From Prasinococcaceae sp. CCMP 1430 (lineage: Eukaryota; Plantae; Prasinodermophyta), in contig RQSC01000016.1 in assembly GCA_013416795.1 (NCBI GenBank), forward strand, positions 29,757-93,756: DNA of 64,000 nucleotides, given 5' to 3'. Shown here in pieces: positions 52,670 to 64,000 of this stretch; position 1 is the first letter of the stretch, and each line of letters starts with the position of its first letter. The notes beneath the pieces are model-generated. The model ran no database searches, was not told the DNA's origin, and saw only the letters and a list, made by a program, of their open reading frames with translations. Position numbers and translations under genes: made by a program.

Positions 52670-53786
52670 ATGGCCGGCGCTGCCCACCCGCCGCAGGCCG
52701 GGATGGCGGCGCAGCCCGCGAGCGCGTACGCCGCGCAGCACTGCCTGCGCGAGTACCTGGAGGATGCGATGGCCGTCGCGCTCGAGGCTGAAGGGCGTCC
52801 GCAGTCGCAGTCGCAGTCGCAGTCGCAGTCGCAGTCGCAGTCGCAGTCGCAGTCGCAGTCGCAACGGCGTGCGTTGGAGGGTGCGTGCGCGCCCGCCCAC
52901 GCGCTCGCATGCGCGCCTGCGCGTCGCGTGCACGTGCGTGAACTCGCGAGAGCGCATGGGCATCCCCGCCACCTGTACGCTGACGTGCACGCCTGAACGT
53001 GCAGCGCTCGCCGAGTACTTCGAGCGCATCGTGCGCGGCGAGCAAGTGTGGGGGCGCGCGTGGGAGTACTCCTCAGCCACACCACGCAACCGAGCGGCTC
53101 TAGTTGACGCTCTTGCGTCGTCGGCCAGCCAGCTCGACAGTGGCGTCGGCGGTGGTGACGACGTCAGCCCCGTGAGTGAGCTCGACTGTCTGGAAGCCGC
53201 GCGGTTCGTATGCACAGACTTCCCCCGCAAGCAGGCGACGCGCGCGTACACGCTCGCTGAGCGGGTAGCCAACGCGCAGGACCCGAGCGCGCGCGTGACG
53301 CACATGTCCTTCTGCGCGGCGCTGCGCACGACACTCCTGCTGCGCGAACTCCTCGACGAGCTCAAGCGCTCCGTATGGAAGGATACAGAGCGCATTGGTG
53401 CGCCCGCTGTTCTGAAGGTGTGTGCGTGCGCCCGAGCATGATCAAAGTCGCGCGAACGCATCCTTCTCCATACCCCCTTCTCCTCCCCCGCCCCTGCACC
53501 CAACTACGTACCCACAGGCACGCGGAGACACAGTAGCGCGCATACTCTTGCCCGTGCACGGACGTCGTGACGCGCGCTCACACGCACTTGGCGCTCGCGC
53601 GCGTGCGCATACATACAGGAAGTCGCCGCCACCTCTGTTCGAATCCGCTCGCAGCATCCTGGTGCTGCGCTGCCGCCGCTGGAGGCCTGCAGTCGCGCAG
53701 TAGCGCGCTGCGGTCGCGAAGTGGGCTTCGATGAATTCGTTGCTGCCCTGCACGTCGACCTCGAGGGAGTAGCGCTGCTTCCTTGA
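52670..53786 (+). CDS. CSTPP1: CSTPP1/C11orf49-like tubulin polyglutamylase complex subunit; exons 52670-52796, 53005-53417, 53619-53786
   Basis: AYAAQHCLREYLEDA…LAEYFERIVRGEQV…ATPRNRAAL…CTDFP resembles the C11orf49 N-terminus (EYL…YMEDA…EYF…ATPHNR…CPDFP). Introns join in phase. Confidence 0.72.
52801..52860. repeat. (GCAGTC)10 hexanucleotide microsatellite immediately after the CSTPP1 intron-1 donor
   Basis: Ten perfect units. Confidence 0.95.
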
Positions 53787-54172
53787 GAATTGTGGACGCG
53801 CGCGGCCACGCCGCGCAGGCATCCCCTCTCGGCTGCGCGCGCGCGAACGCGCCTACAGCGCGCTGTACATAAATGTACTCACTGTATACAGCTCCGCTCT
53901 CGTGAGCGCGCGGTCGCACAGGCGCTGGGACACGCGCGGCTGTTATTCGGGGTGTCGGTTTCTTAATCCACAAAGGTAAATGAGGGGCTGGGGCTGGGGC
54001 GGAGAGCGAGATCAACTGCCCCGGTCCCGTGACACGCATGTGCGGCACGCGTGTGTGTATGAGGTGATACATCAGCGACGGATGGCCACCGCCACCGCGC
54101 CCGCAGTGGCCATCCGCCGGTCAAAAGTTGGGGAAAGTGCGCCTCCTCGCGTCGCGCCTCCGACGCGCGTGC

Positions 54173-55099
54173 TCACCCTGCGAGGGGCTCAAGTGGCTGG
54201 ACCTCATCCGGCAATTCAACGTCCGCGAAGTACTCGTGGTTGAGCGCCTCGCGCGCGGAGATCCGCTTGCTTGGCTCGTACACCAGCATGCGCGACAGAA
54301 GGTCCAAGCCCGCGGGGCAGAGCGCCGTGCTGTCGTTGGTGCGCACCTCCGACGCGAGCGGGCGCGGCGACCACTTGGGAAACGTCTCCATGTAGTCGGG
54401 GAGCGCCGACACGCCTGGCCACCGCTGCTCATCGGGGGTACCCAGCACGCGGAAGATCTTGTACAGCTGGTCAATCTCCGAATCGCCCGGGAAGAGGGGG
54501 TGGCCGGATGCCATCTCCGCGAATATGCAGCCGCAGCTCCACACATCGACTGGCGTGGAGTAGTACCTCGAGCCCAGCAGGATCTCGGGCGCGCGGTACC
54601 ACAGCGTGATCACCTCGTGCGTGTACGTGCGCACGGGGATGCCGAAGGCGCGCGCGAGGCCGAAGTCGGCCAGCTTGAGCGCGCGGCGCTTCGGGTCGAT
54701 GAGAAGGTTCTGTGGCTTGAGGTCCCGGTGAAGGACGCGGTTGGAGTGGCAGTAGGCGATGCCGCTGAGCATCTGGTACATGTACGTCTTCACCGTCGCC
54801 GGATCGAGCGCCCTCTGAAGTGGGGTTTCCATATGCTTCTTGAGGTCCATGTCCAGGTACTCGAAGACCAGGTACAGGTCCTTCGCCACGTGCACGATGT
54901 CCAACAAGTTCACGATGTTGAAGTTGTTGAGTTCCTTGAGCAGCGAGATCTCGCGAATCGCAGTGCTCGGCACGCCCTCCTCCTCCAGGTCCAGGCGGAT
55001 GCGCTTAAGTGCGATCAGCTCGTGCGGCCGATCGATGTACTTCGCCTTGTACACGATGCCATAGGTGCCCTCGCCGATCTTGGCAGTCGTCTCGTACAC
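54173..55099 (-). CDS. CDKA: Cyclin-dependent kinase, PSTAIRE type (CDKA); short first exon not located
   Basis: [68 protein letters not shown]. Acceptor CGCAG| at 55100. Confidence 0.93.
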   Translation of the reverse strand: MYETTAKIGEGTYGIVYKAKYIDRPHELIALKRIRLDLEEEGVPSTAIREISLLKELNNFNIVNLLDIVHVAKDLYLVFEYLDMDLKKHMETPLQRALDPATVKTYMYQMLSGIAYCHSNRVLHRDLKPQNLLIDPKRRALKLADFGLARAFGIPVRTYTHEVITLWYRAPEILLGSRYYSTPVDVWSCGCIFAEMASGHPLFPGDSEIDQLYKIFRVLGTPDEQRWPGVSALPDYMETFPKWSPRPLASEVRTNDSTALCPAGLDLLSRMLVYEPSKRISAREALNHEYFADVELPDEVQPLEPLAG

Positions 55100-55944
55100 C
55101 TGCGAGCGAAGCCGTACGCAGCAGTGGCGGCAGGGGGGGTGCATGTCAGGACAAGTGCGCACACGCGCCTTTGTGAGCGAGCGACGGGGAGCGCTGCTAT
55201 TCGCGGCCGCGGCACGCCCCACCCGCCTGCTCTGCGCTGCTTCGCCGCGCCGCGCAACTGCCACGCCGGCCGCCTCCCCCTGCGCGTGCGGAGGGACGAA
55301 AGGGAATGGAGAAGGGAGGAAGCGCGGCACCTGCGTCGCGCGTGCAGCCGCACGCCTGCATGCACGGCTTCGATCGCTGCGGAGTCGCTACCCCCCAAAT
55401 GAGCTGCGTTTTCCCGCCAGCGGTCGGTCGCCCGCCCGCCCCTGAGGGGACGGGCGCGCGCGGCGGAGCCGTAGGATGGGTGGCGGGTGCAGGCGGCCGG
55501 CAGCGGCGGGGTTCGATGCCGAAGGGACGCGCGCGCCTCCTCGGCGGCGGGCGCGCGCGACGCCAGTGCCGGCGGCGCGCCGCCGCAGCGGTGCCGCCGC
55601 CGCGCACGCGCGCACAGTGGCGCCACCGCAAACGCCGTATGGCAGCGACGAATCTGCGCAATGCAAAGTGCATCTGCGCAGAATTTCGTGCCGCGTTGCA
55701 TCGGCAGCCCACATTCGCGCGGCCATCGCCGGGCGTCCGGAGCGGCACATTTCGCGAGCGGAAACCGCAAAACGGTCGCGGGGTCCGGGCGTGCGTTGCG
55801 TCGATCGCGAGCGCTGGCCGGACAATGCACAGTGAAGTAACGACGCCGATCGATCGGAGCTAAAAACAAAAAAAACGGGTGTGGGTTAAAAAAAAATCGA
55901 AGGTGTGTGTGGGGGGTCGAGGCCGCGGCGGGGCGACCGTCCGT

Positions 55945-57969
55945 TCAGCCGAAGAGCCACACGCACGCGGTGCACGCCGCGACGTACAGCGCCGCGGCGA
56001 TATCGATGAGACACCGCTGGACGCGGGGCGGCGCGTTGCACCATGCGGCGCCGCACAGTCGCCGTCGCGCGCCAGGCGCACGACTGCCTGATGCGTCCTC
56101 GATTTCGAGTGCTTCCATCCCATGTGTAGCGAGCGCGACGCCCTCGTCGAATCGCTCGGGGTCTTCACAGCTGCCTTCGGACGGCTGCAATTCATACGCT
56201 TCAGCAGCACTCGCCGCGGGGGCCATCAGCCGGGTCCGTAAGTCGCAGTGCCACAGAAGGAATTCTCTGTCAGGACACGCATAGGCAGGTGCCATCCCGT
56301 CATGGTCGCCGCCGCCGCCAATAACGCCGTTGCTTGCACCTTCCTCTGCACCATTATCTGCGTGTGAGGCGTCCAGGCGATGCCACCGACCTCTTATGGC
56401 TCTGCTTCGCCCCAACATAGCGAGCAGAGGCCCCGCGCCCAGGAGTACGCCACTGCTGAAGACGAAGCTCAGCACTGCAAAGTATTGGAAATGCATGCGG
56501 GTGTACCAGCCCAGAGCTTGCTTCTCATCCGAGCCGGCGATGCTTGCAGCTACTTCGGCCACAAACCGTATCGCGCCAGCTCCAACTCCCAGCACCAGAC
56601 AAGCGCCCGCGCCGAATGACTCGGGCTGAACCTGCCGCGGCAGCGGCAGCATGCCCCAGATGTAGAGCGCAAGCACCGGCGGAGCGATGTAGGAAGGAGG
56701 CCGCTGCACGTATATGAAGAGCTGGCTGCCGAGCAGTGGGATGATGGGAAGCCACGCCACAGACAGCGTCGCGACCAGCACAACGCCAAGGCGGCCAACC
56801 CACACCAGCTGCGCCTCGCTTGCCTGCGGCCGAAGCTTGGCCCAGACGTCCACCGAGAGCAGCGTCGCGCTGGAATTGAAGACGGATGCCAAGGAGCTCA
56901 TAAGCGCGGCAATCATCGCTGCGACAACGATGCCGCGAGCGACTGGCGGCAGCACGTTGATCACGAGCCAAGGCAGCGCTCGGTCGTAATCAACCTCGTC
57001 GCTATCACCACTCGGTGAGTAGACGCCCTGACGGCGCTGCCGCTGTATCGCCCGCGAAATCATGCCGGGGAAAACCATCAGGAAGCCAGGCGCGAGCTTG
57101 AGGAAGGAGGCGGCCACGCACGCCGCCTGGCCGTGGGCCAGCCCCCGCGCGGCCAGCACTCGCTGCGCGATCTCTTGATCCACGGCCCAGTACCACACGC
57201 TGACAACAAAGTAGCCCGTGGCGAAGGCCGTCCACGGGTACTCTTCGTCCGCCGCACTGCGCAGGATGTGCCAGTACTTGTCTGGAACCTCGCCATCGAG
57301 CGTGTCTCGCACACCGTCCCAACCTCCCGCCTCGCGCAGCGCGAGTATGAGCGTCAGCACGCCGCCCAGCAGGATTGTCAGCGTCTGCAGCACTTCGGTC
57401 CACACCACAGCCTTGAGGCCGCCAGCGAGCGTGTACAACCCCGTGAGCGCGATGAGAAGCACCGGCGCGAAGCGCGCCGCCGCCTCACCGGCCACCTCGC
57501 GCAGCACCACACCGCCGGCGAACAGGGTAGCGCCGACTTTAGTCAAAATGTAAAGCGTCAGAGAGATGGCCACTAGCGCCGCCCGCGACGCCGGACTGTA
57601 TCGCGCCTCAAGGTAGTCCGGCACCGTCCGCGCTCCGGCCGACAGATAGACCGGCAAGAAGAAATAGCAGAGCGCCAGAAGGCAGACGCCGGCGCCCAGC
57701 TCGTAAAACGCCACCGCGCTGCCCGACGAGGCGCCCGTGCCTGCCAAGCCCACGAAGTGCTCTGCTCCGATGTTGCTTGCGAAGAGGCTCGCAGCCGCGG
57801 CTGGCCATCCCACGGCCCGCTCGGCCAAGAAGTAGCCGTCTGTGGATGTCGCGGCGCTGCGCGCAGAGCGGTTTGCTGCGAACCCCACAGCGGCGAGCGC
57901 CAAAAAGTACAACGCCAGCGACGCCAGCGCGGCGGGCGACGCCAGGCCGTCGTCGGGCTCGCCCATCAT
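55945..57969 (-). CDS. Sodium:solute symporter, SLC5 SGLT/SMIT-like (sugar or myo-inositol)
   Basis: DGYFLAER…SLFASNIGAEHFVGLAG; TLAGGLKAVVWTE; WYWAVDQEIAQRVLAAR; AALMSSLASVFNSSATLLSVDVW; many TM helices; intronless. Confidence 0.9.
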   Translation of the reverse strand: MMGEPDDGLASPAALASLALYFLALAAVGFAANRSARSAATSTDGYFLAERAVGWPAAAASLFASNIGAEHFVGLAGTGASSGSAVAFYELGAGVCLLALCYFFLPVYLSAGARTVPDYLEARYSPASRAALVAISLTLYILTKVGATLFAGGVVLREVAGEAAARFAPVLLIALTGLYTLAGGLKAVVWTEVLQTLTILLGGVLTLILALREAGGWDGVRDTLDGEVPDKYWHILRSAADEEYPWTAFATGYFVVSVWYWAVDQEIAQRVLAARGLAHGQAACVAASFLKLAPGFLMVFPGMISRAIQRQRRQGVYSPSGDSDEVDYDRALPWLVINVLPPVARGIVVAAMIAALMSSLASVFNSSATLLSVDVWAKLRPQASEAQLVWVGRLGVVLVATLSVAWLPIIPLLGSQLFIYVQRPPSYIAPPVLALYIWGMLPLPRQVQPESFGAGACLVLGVGAGAIRFVAEVAASIAGSDEKQALGWYTRMHFQYFAVLSFVFSSGVLLGAGPLLAMLGRSRAIRGRWHRLDASHADNGAEEGASNGVIGGGGDHDGMAPAYACPDREFLLWHCDLRTRLMAPAASAAEAYELQPSEGSCEDPERFDEGVALATHGMEALEIEDASGSRAPGARRRLCGAAWCNAPPRVQRCLIDIAAALYVAACTACVWLFG

Positions 57970-58593
57970 CCCATTGTCCCTGCCGTTCCCCACCTCACCG
58001 CGCCGACGAAAGCCGCACGCAGGCGGCGGCGCCGGCACGCCCTCTGGCGCCTGAGCGAGCACGGGCGTCCCCGTCCCCATCCCACCGCATCCCGCCAATG
58101 CACAAGGGGGAAAAAAACCCCGCCAGGGCGCGTTCGAATTTCGAAAAACGGGTTTGGGTTTGACGCTGACTCAAGGACGAATGAAACTGACAATCCGGGC
58201 AGCAGTGTTTGCGGGACGTTTCATGTGGTAGGGTTTAAATGTTCATATCAAAACGCACGCGGATCCGCGTGGCGCGCCGCGGGGGCTTTTTTTTTTTCTG
58301 TGCACAGTGCAAAAATGTCTGTTAGGTGTTCGGATGTGCGCGCGAGCGTGCACGCGCGCACAGCCAGCTCGCGCCCCGTCTCGCGCGCGCACTGCCAGCT
58401 CGGGCACCGTCCCGCGCCGCCCGCGCCGCCCTCCTCGCGGTACCCCAGCCACCAGCTGACGTCGCCGCGCCCCGGCAGGTGTGTGTCAAACACCTTCAGT
58501 CTGATGACAGGTGTGTGTCTCTCTCGGTGGGCGCGCGCGCGCGCGCGCGCATTGGGGAACCGTCTGCGCGCACTTTCGATTTCGCAAGAACTA

Positions 58594-58608
58594 AGGGTTA
58601 AACCCTAA
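58594..58608. promoter_or_regulatory. Telo-box (AAACCCTAA) embedded in an AGGGTT-A-AACCCT inverted repeat
   Basis: AAACCCTAA at 58600-58608. Further telo-box-like sites at 157-164, 25479-25487, 51008-51015 and 58229-58236, all in AT-richer intergenic islands. Confidence 0.45.
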
Positions 58609-59042
58609 CTCTGATAAAAACAGCCCACGGAACCGCCCGAGAACTGGCGCGGCGCGGCGAGGCGTGGCGCATCCGGACCAGCAGCCGCGGCCACCACCCA
58701 ACAAACAAGCCACCGCCACAGCCAGCCAGAGGGCAGATGTCACACGTGCGGTCTCCTGAGCTGATGCGGATGCTGCGGCGCGGGCGAGGCTCCGACCGAC
58801 CGGTCGATCGGTCGCGGTCGGTCGGTCGGGGGACGGTGCCCGCACGGCGCCCCACCCACGCCGCCGCCACCCGCGTACCCACGGGAGAGTCATTCAAGCG
58901 CCATCAGAACGCATTGAAAAACGCCTCGCGCGCGGCGCGGCGCGGCGCGGCGCGGTCGGTCGGTCGGTCGGTCGGGGTTGGATGGTGCCGGTGGAGGCGG
59001 GGACGGGCAGTGAGTTCGAGCGCACGCGCAATGCCCACGGAC

Positions 59043-60783
59043 TTGAGAATTTGGTTCCGCATGGTATCCAGCTTGAGCGAAAGCAGGTCCTCCGTGCTGT
59101 CAATCTCCTTCTCGAGCAGCTCCATGCGGTCGATGAGGTCCTCCATGTCCATAGCAGAGGCGTCGATGACCAACTCAGCGCGTTGCCCCATAATGCGCTT
59201 GTCCGCCTCGTGCTCGTCGTCGTGCAGTATGTTAGCTACCTCCTGCAGACGCGGATCGTTTGTGGGGGGCGAGGGGGTGCGTCAGCGTGCGCTGCGCGTG
59301 CACAACGGAGCACAAGCAAAGATTCAGCCGAACGTACCTCCATGGCGATGAGGTCCTCTTTGTCCTGCAGGCGCTTCTCCAAGACCTCGTCCATATCCTG
59401 TACCACGCTCCTGAGCTTGTTGGCCTCGCCTTTGTGCTGCTTGGTGATCTCGAGCGCACGCAGGCTGGTCTTTTTTGTGACGTCCTCGAGCGCACGGGCT
59501 AGCTCGATCTCAGTTCTTTCCACGCGCTGCTGCAGCATGCGAACCGCCGCGCTGAGCAGCAGGTCGATCGCGCGCAGGCCGAACGGTAGCACGCTCGCCT
59601 CGCTCGCCAGGTCTGGCGCAATCATCTTGGCGTCCGCACTTCTGCTGCGCGTTACCTTGAAGGGCTCGCCGATGCCAGTACCATCCTCGTCGGCGCCAAG
59701 CGCATTCATCTCCACCTCTGACTTTCGCCCGGGCGGTGACTCGTCGCCCGCCAGACCTGACGCAGGGAGGTCAGAGGAGAAAGAGCGGCCCGGGCTCGCA
59801 CCCACGAGGCCGAGCCCGCGCTTGCTATCCCGGCGTCGGGGCGTGCCTGTCTGCTCGGCGTCCGGCAGTGGGCCGTTCTCGGCCTCGAGGCGCGCATCCT
59901 CGGCGGCTTGCTTCAGGAAATCCACTAGCTGCCGGTACAGCGGCGGCAGGTTCTTCGGGATGGTGTCAGAGTTGCCTGCAACGTCCGGGGAGGAGTCGCG
60001 CGGCGGTGGATGCAGGTGATACGCTGAGCCTCGCGTGCTTTGCGCGCCGTCGCTGTCCATGGATGGCAGGACGATGTATACGCGGTCGGCGGTGACGAGC
60101 GCGTTGACCTTCTCCAGACTGACGAGCACGCATCCGCGGCGGACGAGGAGCGCGCAGCTGCCCTGCGACACGCGGCGAGACGGGTTGACTCGGCGCAGTT
60201 CACCGAGTTCGAGGCCTGGCACGCGCAGCGACACGCCACCGGGGCCGCGCGCCCCGGCGTTCAGCTCTCGCAGCAGCGCAACGCGGCCCATCCGTCGGTG
60301 GCGCGCGGCGCCGCTGTCAGACACCTCGAGCACGCTGAGCTCGACCTGGTCGAGCTGCGATACTTGCAGTAGAGACAGCGAGCGTGCTGGGGTGTTCGGC
60401 AGAGCACTCGACCCTCCGACGGGCATCGACGGCACGCGGATCGCGGGCAATGGCTGCGGCACCCGCAGCTGCGGCATGCCCCCGGCGGGCGCGCTCGCCT
60501 GGCGCTGCGACGAGAGGCTGCTCTCGCCAACCAGTCGAGCGTAGTTGCCGGCGCTAAAGGAGGCCGCTCCGGGCTCGTACGTGACCGCGCGCGCAGTCGA
60601 CACACGTGCGCCGCCGCGACCCTGCGGCGGCCGCCCGAGCAGCCGGTCGCGCTCGCCGCTGCCGGCGCGCGGGGACTCCTCTCCTCCGTCGCCCCCACCG
60701 CCGCCGCCCGGAACATCCAGGTACCTCGCCGCAAAGCTGCTGCGCGAACCGGAGGACGCCATCCTGTCCGACGCGGAGCGCAT
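59043..60783 (-). CDS. MRS2: MRS2/CorA-type Mg2+ transporter; exons 60783-59338 and 59242-59043; GMN/TM exon not found
   Basis: LLVRRGCVLVSLEKVNALVTADRVYIV, LPFGLRAIDLLL, LEKEIDSTEDLLSLKLDTMRNQILK. Confidence 0.75.
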
Positions 60784-60953
60784 GGGTGGCTACGCCTCGC
60801 CGCCCCGCGCAAGCGCTGCGCGCCGGGCCTTACGGCCGTGGGGGCAGCAGAGAGACGGGGTTGAGGATGGGCGAGGAGCGTTGCGGTGCGGCCGCGTGGC
60901 GCCGCCCGCGCGCCACCGCGGCGGCGCCACGCGGCCGTGCCTCGTCCCGGCTA

Positions 60954-61102
<149 letters not shown>

Positions 61103-61207
61103 NNNNNNNNNNNNNNNNNNNNNNNNNNNNNNNNNNNNNNNNNNNNNNNNNNNNNNNNNNNNNNNNNNNNNNNNNNNNNNNNNNNNNNNNNNNNNNNNNN
61201 NNNNNNN
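61103..61207. other. Assembly gap (105 N)
   Basis: Run of N. Confidence 1.
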
Positions 61208-61254
61208 GGGCGGGCGGGCCACAGCGCGCGGCGCACGAGCGCGCGGGCGCACTC

Positions 61255-62098
61255 ATGGGCGCGTGGGCGCACTATGCGGCGCGCGTTTTCGTCGGCATCG
61301 GCGGCGCCGGCGGGCTCAGGTGCGAGGCTGCGCCCGCGCTCTCGGCACGCACGCGCTCGCAGGAGCGCGCGCTGGCTCTCCAATGCGCACGCCTGAACTC
61401 GTGCACTCTCTCGCGCGCTCGCGCTGATGCGCGCCCAACGCGCCGGCCTCGCGCCTGCGCACTCCCGCTGGCCTGGCTCACCCGCGTACGCTCCGCACAG
61501 CGTGGTCATTTCGTGCGCGACGATCGACCCGAAGCCACTGGATTGGCCCGCGATCGCCGCCGTGATGGTATCGGGCCTGGCCTCGTTCCTGCTGGCGTTG
61601 CTGGCGAGCTGCGCGACGTGCGGCAAGCGGCCGGCCATGCTCAAGTGCGTGGCGGTGACGTACATGCCGCTCATCCTGTATCAGCTCGCGCTCTGCCTCG
61701 CGCTGTACATCCCCAAGGGTTTCGAACAGGTGATGAAGGGCAAGCCGCAGCACATGGACTACGACGACACGGAGAAGAAGGTCATGGCTGCCAAGGTGTC
61801 GCTGGGCGCCACGCTGGCCGCCCAGGTGCTGCTGGTGCCCGCGGCTTACGCTGCACGCCACGCAGCGCTCACGCGCGGCGTGCTCGAGGCGCGCGGCGAG
61901 GACGCCAGCCTGCGCTCCTCCGAGCTGCCGTCCGAATCCAGCGAGAGGATGGAGGGGCTGAGGGGATACGCAGCCGAGCAGAGGGCGAAGACGGAAGGCG
62001 GCAAGCCCGGCCGCGCTGAGAAGAAGAAGAAGAAGAACTTCGATGCGCGCATGGCCAAGAAGTACGGGAGCAACTGGAACAGCGACAACAGGGTGTAG
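61255..62098 (+). CDS. Hypothetical multi-pass (3-4 TM) membrane protein; exons 61255-61319 and 61501-62098
   Basis: Phase-2 intron joins in frame; hydrophobic helices; Lys-rich tail EKKKKKNF. Confidence 0.6.
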
Positions 62099-62503
62099 AG
62101 GCATCCGCCGGCGAGCGACATCGAGCGAGGTAAGAATGATTTTGGTACCGCCCGCACGGCAGTGACTGCACGCGCTGCGCGAGAGCGCCCACGTCACGCA
62201 CGCGCGCCACTCACTCGGGCGAGCGGTGCCCCAACGGAGAGAGACGCGCGGCGGGCACGCTGGCGCACCGTGGCGCGACGGCCGTGGCGCGACACACACC
62301 CCTGGACTGGCAACAGCAGCTAAAACACTTTACCCTGATGTGTGGACAACGTCCGGGCCAGGCACAGGGGTAGCCTTGCATCCCGGCGGGCCTGGGCGTC
62401 ACAGGCTCACTCGGTGGTGGCGGCCTTCCGAGCCAAAGCGCCTTGGGCAGGCCGGACGGGCAGGCTCGCGTGCCTGGTCCTCGCACAGGCAGTGGTACCA
62501 GGC

Positions 62504-64000
62504 TCAGTAGGGCTCCATCGGTTGGTAGTCCTCAGAGCCCTCCGAGTCCTCCGATTCCTCGTCCCCCATGTATGAGGTCGCAGCGGCCGCAGCGGCCGCG
62601 GCAGCCGGAGCGGCCGCAGCAGCCGGAGCGGCCGGAGCCGCCGCGGCAGCCGGAGCGGCCGGAGCGGCCTCGGCGCCTCCGCCGGCGGCGCGTCTGGCGG
62701 CGGCGGCGGCGGTGCCACCGCCGCCGGCGCCGATCGCATCGGCACCTCGCCCTTGGCCATCTCGCGCCGCGTCTTGGGCGAGACCCCCGGTGCCTTGACG
62801 TCGTCCCAGATGGTCTTGGGGCGAGTCGCCCCGTCCCACGCGCACCCCGCGGTCGTGGACCGCTCGCGGCACTTGCCCGAGGGGCCGCGCGACAACAGCT
62901 CGTTCATGCGCTTACCGCAGCGCTCGGTGCCGACGATCAAACGTCCGCCGCCCGCTCGCCACTGCGGCGCGTGGTGTGGTAAACAGCGCCCGCGCGTCGA
63001 CAGCCGCTGAGGTCAGCACAGGCGCAGGCGTGGGCGCGCGCGCGCGCGCGCGCGCAGAGGCTTCCTGGATGCGGCCGCGCCGGGCTCTGCACGCGGACAG
63101 CGCGCGCGCGCGCCTTCCGGTGGAAGCGCGTGCGTGCGCGTCGCGCAGCCGCGCGTCGCGCGCGCACCATGTCGCCGCCGAAGTCCGCCTCCGCCTCGTT
63201 CGGCGCGCCGCCCTTTCCGGTGCGTTCCTTGAGCTTCTCCTCAAGCTGCGCGCATGCGTCGATGGCGGCGCCGGCGAAGCGCTGCGCGCTCTGCGCCTTC
63301 ATCTCGAGCGCGTGCGCCTCGGCGGCCGCCACCGACCTGAGCTCGGCGATGGCCGCCTCGTACTCGGCGGCGAGCTTCTTCTTGTCGGCCTCGGCGACGG
63401 CGTTCGCGGCGGCGATGGCGGCCTCGGCGGCCTCCACGCGCTCGCGCGCGTCCGACCCGGCGGCGCGCGCGCGGTCGGCCGCCTGCTGCGCGGCCTCGTT
63501 GGCGGCGGCGATGGAGCTCTCCGTCTGGTCGCGCAGCGCGGCCACCTCGAAGTCCATCACACTGTTCATCGCCTCGGCCTGGGCCGCCACCGCCGCCTGC
63601 AGCTCGAGGATCTGCGCGCGCGACGCCATGCGCACCTCGTCGACGCGCTGGTCGGCGGCACGCTGCGCGGCGTCCTGGTTGCGCTGCATCTCCTGCTCCA
63701 TGCCGTCGATCCTCACCGCCACCTCCTGGCGCAGCGCGTTGACCTGCGCGTCGGCGCTCGCCTCGGCCTTGGCGGCGCGCTTGACCGCGAGCGCGAGCTC
63801 CTTCGCGACGCGCGTGTTCTCCTCGTGCGCGAGGTCGAGCCGCTGCTTGAGCGTGTGCAGCTCCTTGGTGGCGCGGTCGGAGACGGCCTCACGCTCCACG
63901 TTCAGCAGCTCCATCGACGCGCGCTCCACCTCGTGCGCGCGCGAGTCCGCCGCGTCGGCGGCGGCCTGCGCGGCCGCCTCGGCCTCCTTGGCGCGCGCGT
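62504..64000 (-). CDS. Coiled-coil protein, 5' end beyond the window; 3' exons uncertain; Ala/Pro-rich and acidic tail
   Basis: Heptad-rich ORF 62937-63929; donors at ~63167 and ~62915 (GTAAGC); tail AAPAAPAAAA…TSYMGDEESEDSEGSEDYQPMEPY*. Confidence 0.55.

Noticed and set aside
52347-53085. ATATAT, CDCDCD and SRSRSR ORFs suggesting metal-binding or SR proteins
   Set aside because: All are readings of the (GCAGTC)10 intronic microsatellite.

Overview
Eukaryotic nuclear DNA from a compact, very GC-rich genome with short GT-AG introns. It is most likely an early-diverging (prasinophyte-grade) green alga: this is inferred from transit-peptide-like N-termini without signal peptides, a tandem-ACT acetolactate synthase small subunit, a PPR-SMR gene and a PSTAIRE CDK. 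It is a draft scaffold with four N-gaps and two single-N joins. About 30 protein-coding genes can be assembled, mostly in alternating head-to-head and tail-to-tail pairs. Recognisable genes: Abitram, a PTS1-bearing AlkK/DmdB-like acyl-CoA ligase, SUMO, GT29, ALS small subunit, RPS29, thioredoxin h, peptide deformylase, GH18, DHHC, R3H/G-patch, Sec3, cNMP-binding protein, PPR-SMR, ArfGAP, GRAM, EML, CSTPP1/C11orf49, CDKA, an SLC5 symporter and MRS2. No rRNA, tRNA, CRISPR array or transposon was seen. The most unusual items are: (1) a LysM domain spliced in frame onto a SAM-type mitochondrial/plastid carrier; (2) an orphan inner-arm dynein AAA1 fragment ending at a GA rather than GT donor; (3) an EF-hand protein with ten 48-aa repeats; (4) an ArfGAP that has lost three of four zinc-finger cysteines but kept the catalytic Arg; (5) a single in-frame TAG at a Gln position of a PH/coiled-coil gene; (6) an RDEL-tailed GH18 with DxxDxNxE; (7) a 1.37k-aa DxCGxC-repeat/L-type lectin protein. 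All family assignments come from motif recognition by eye; no database searches were run.
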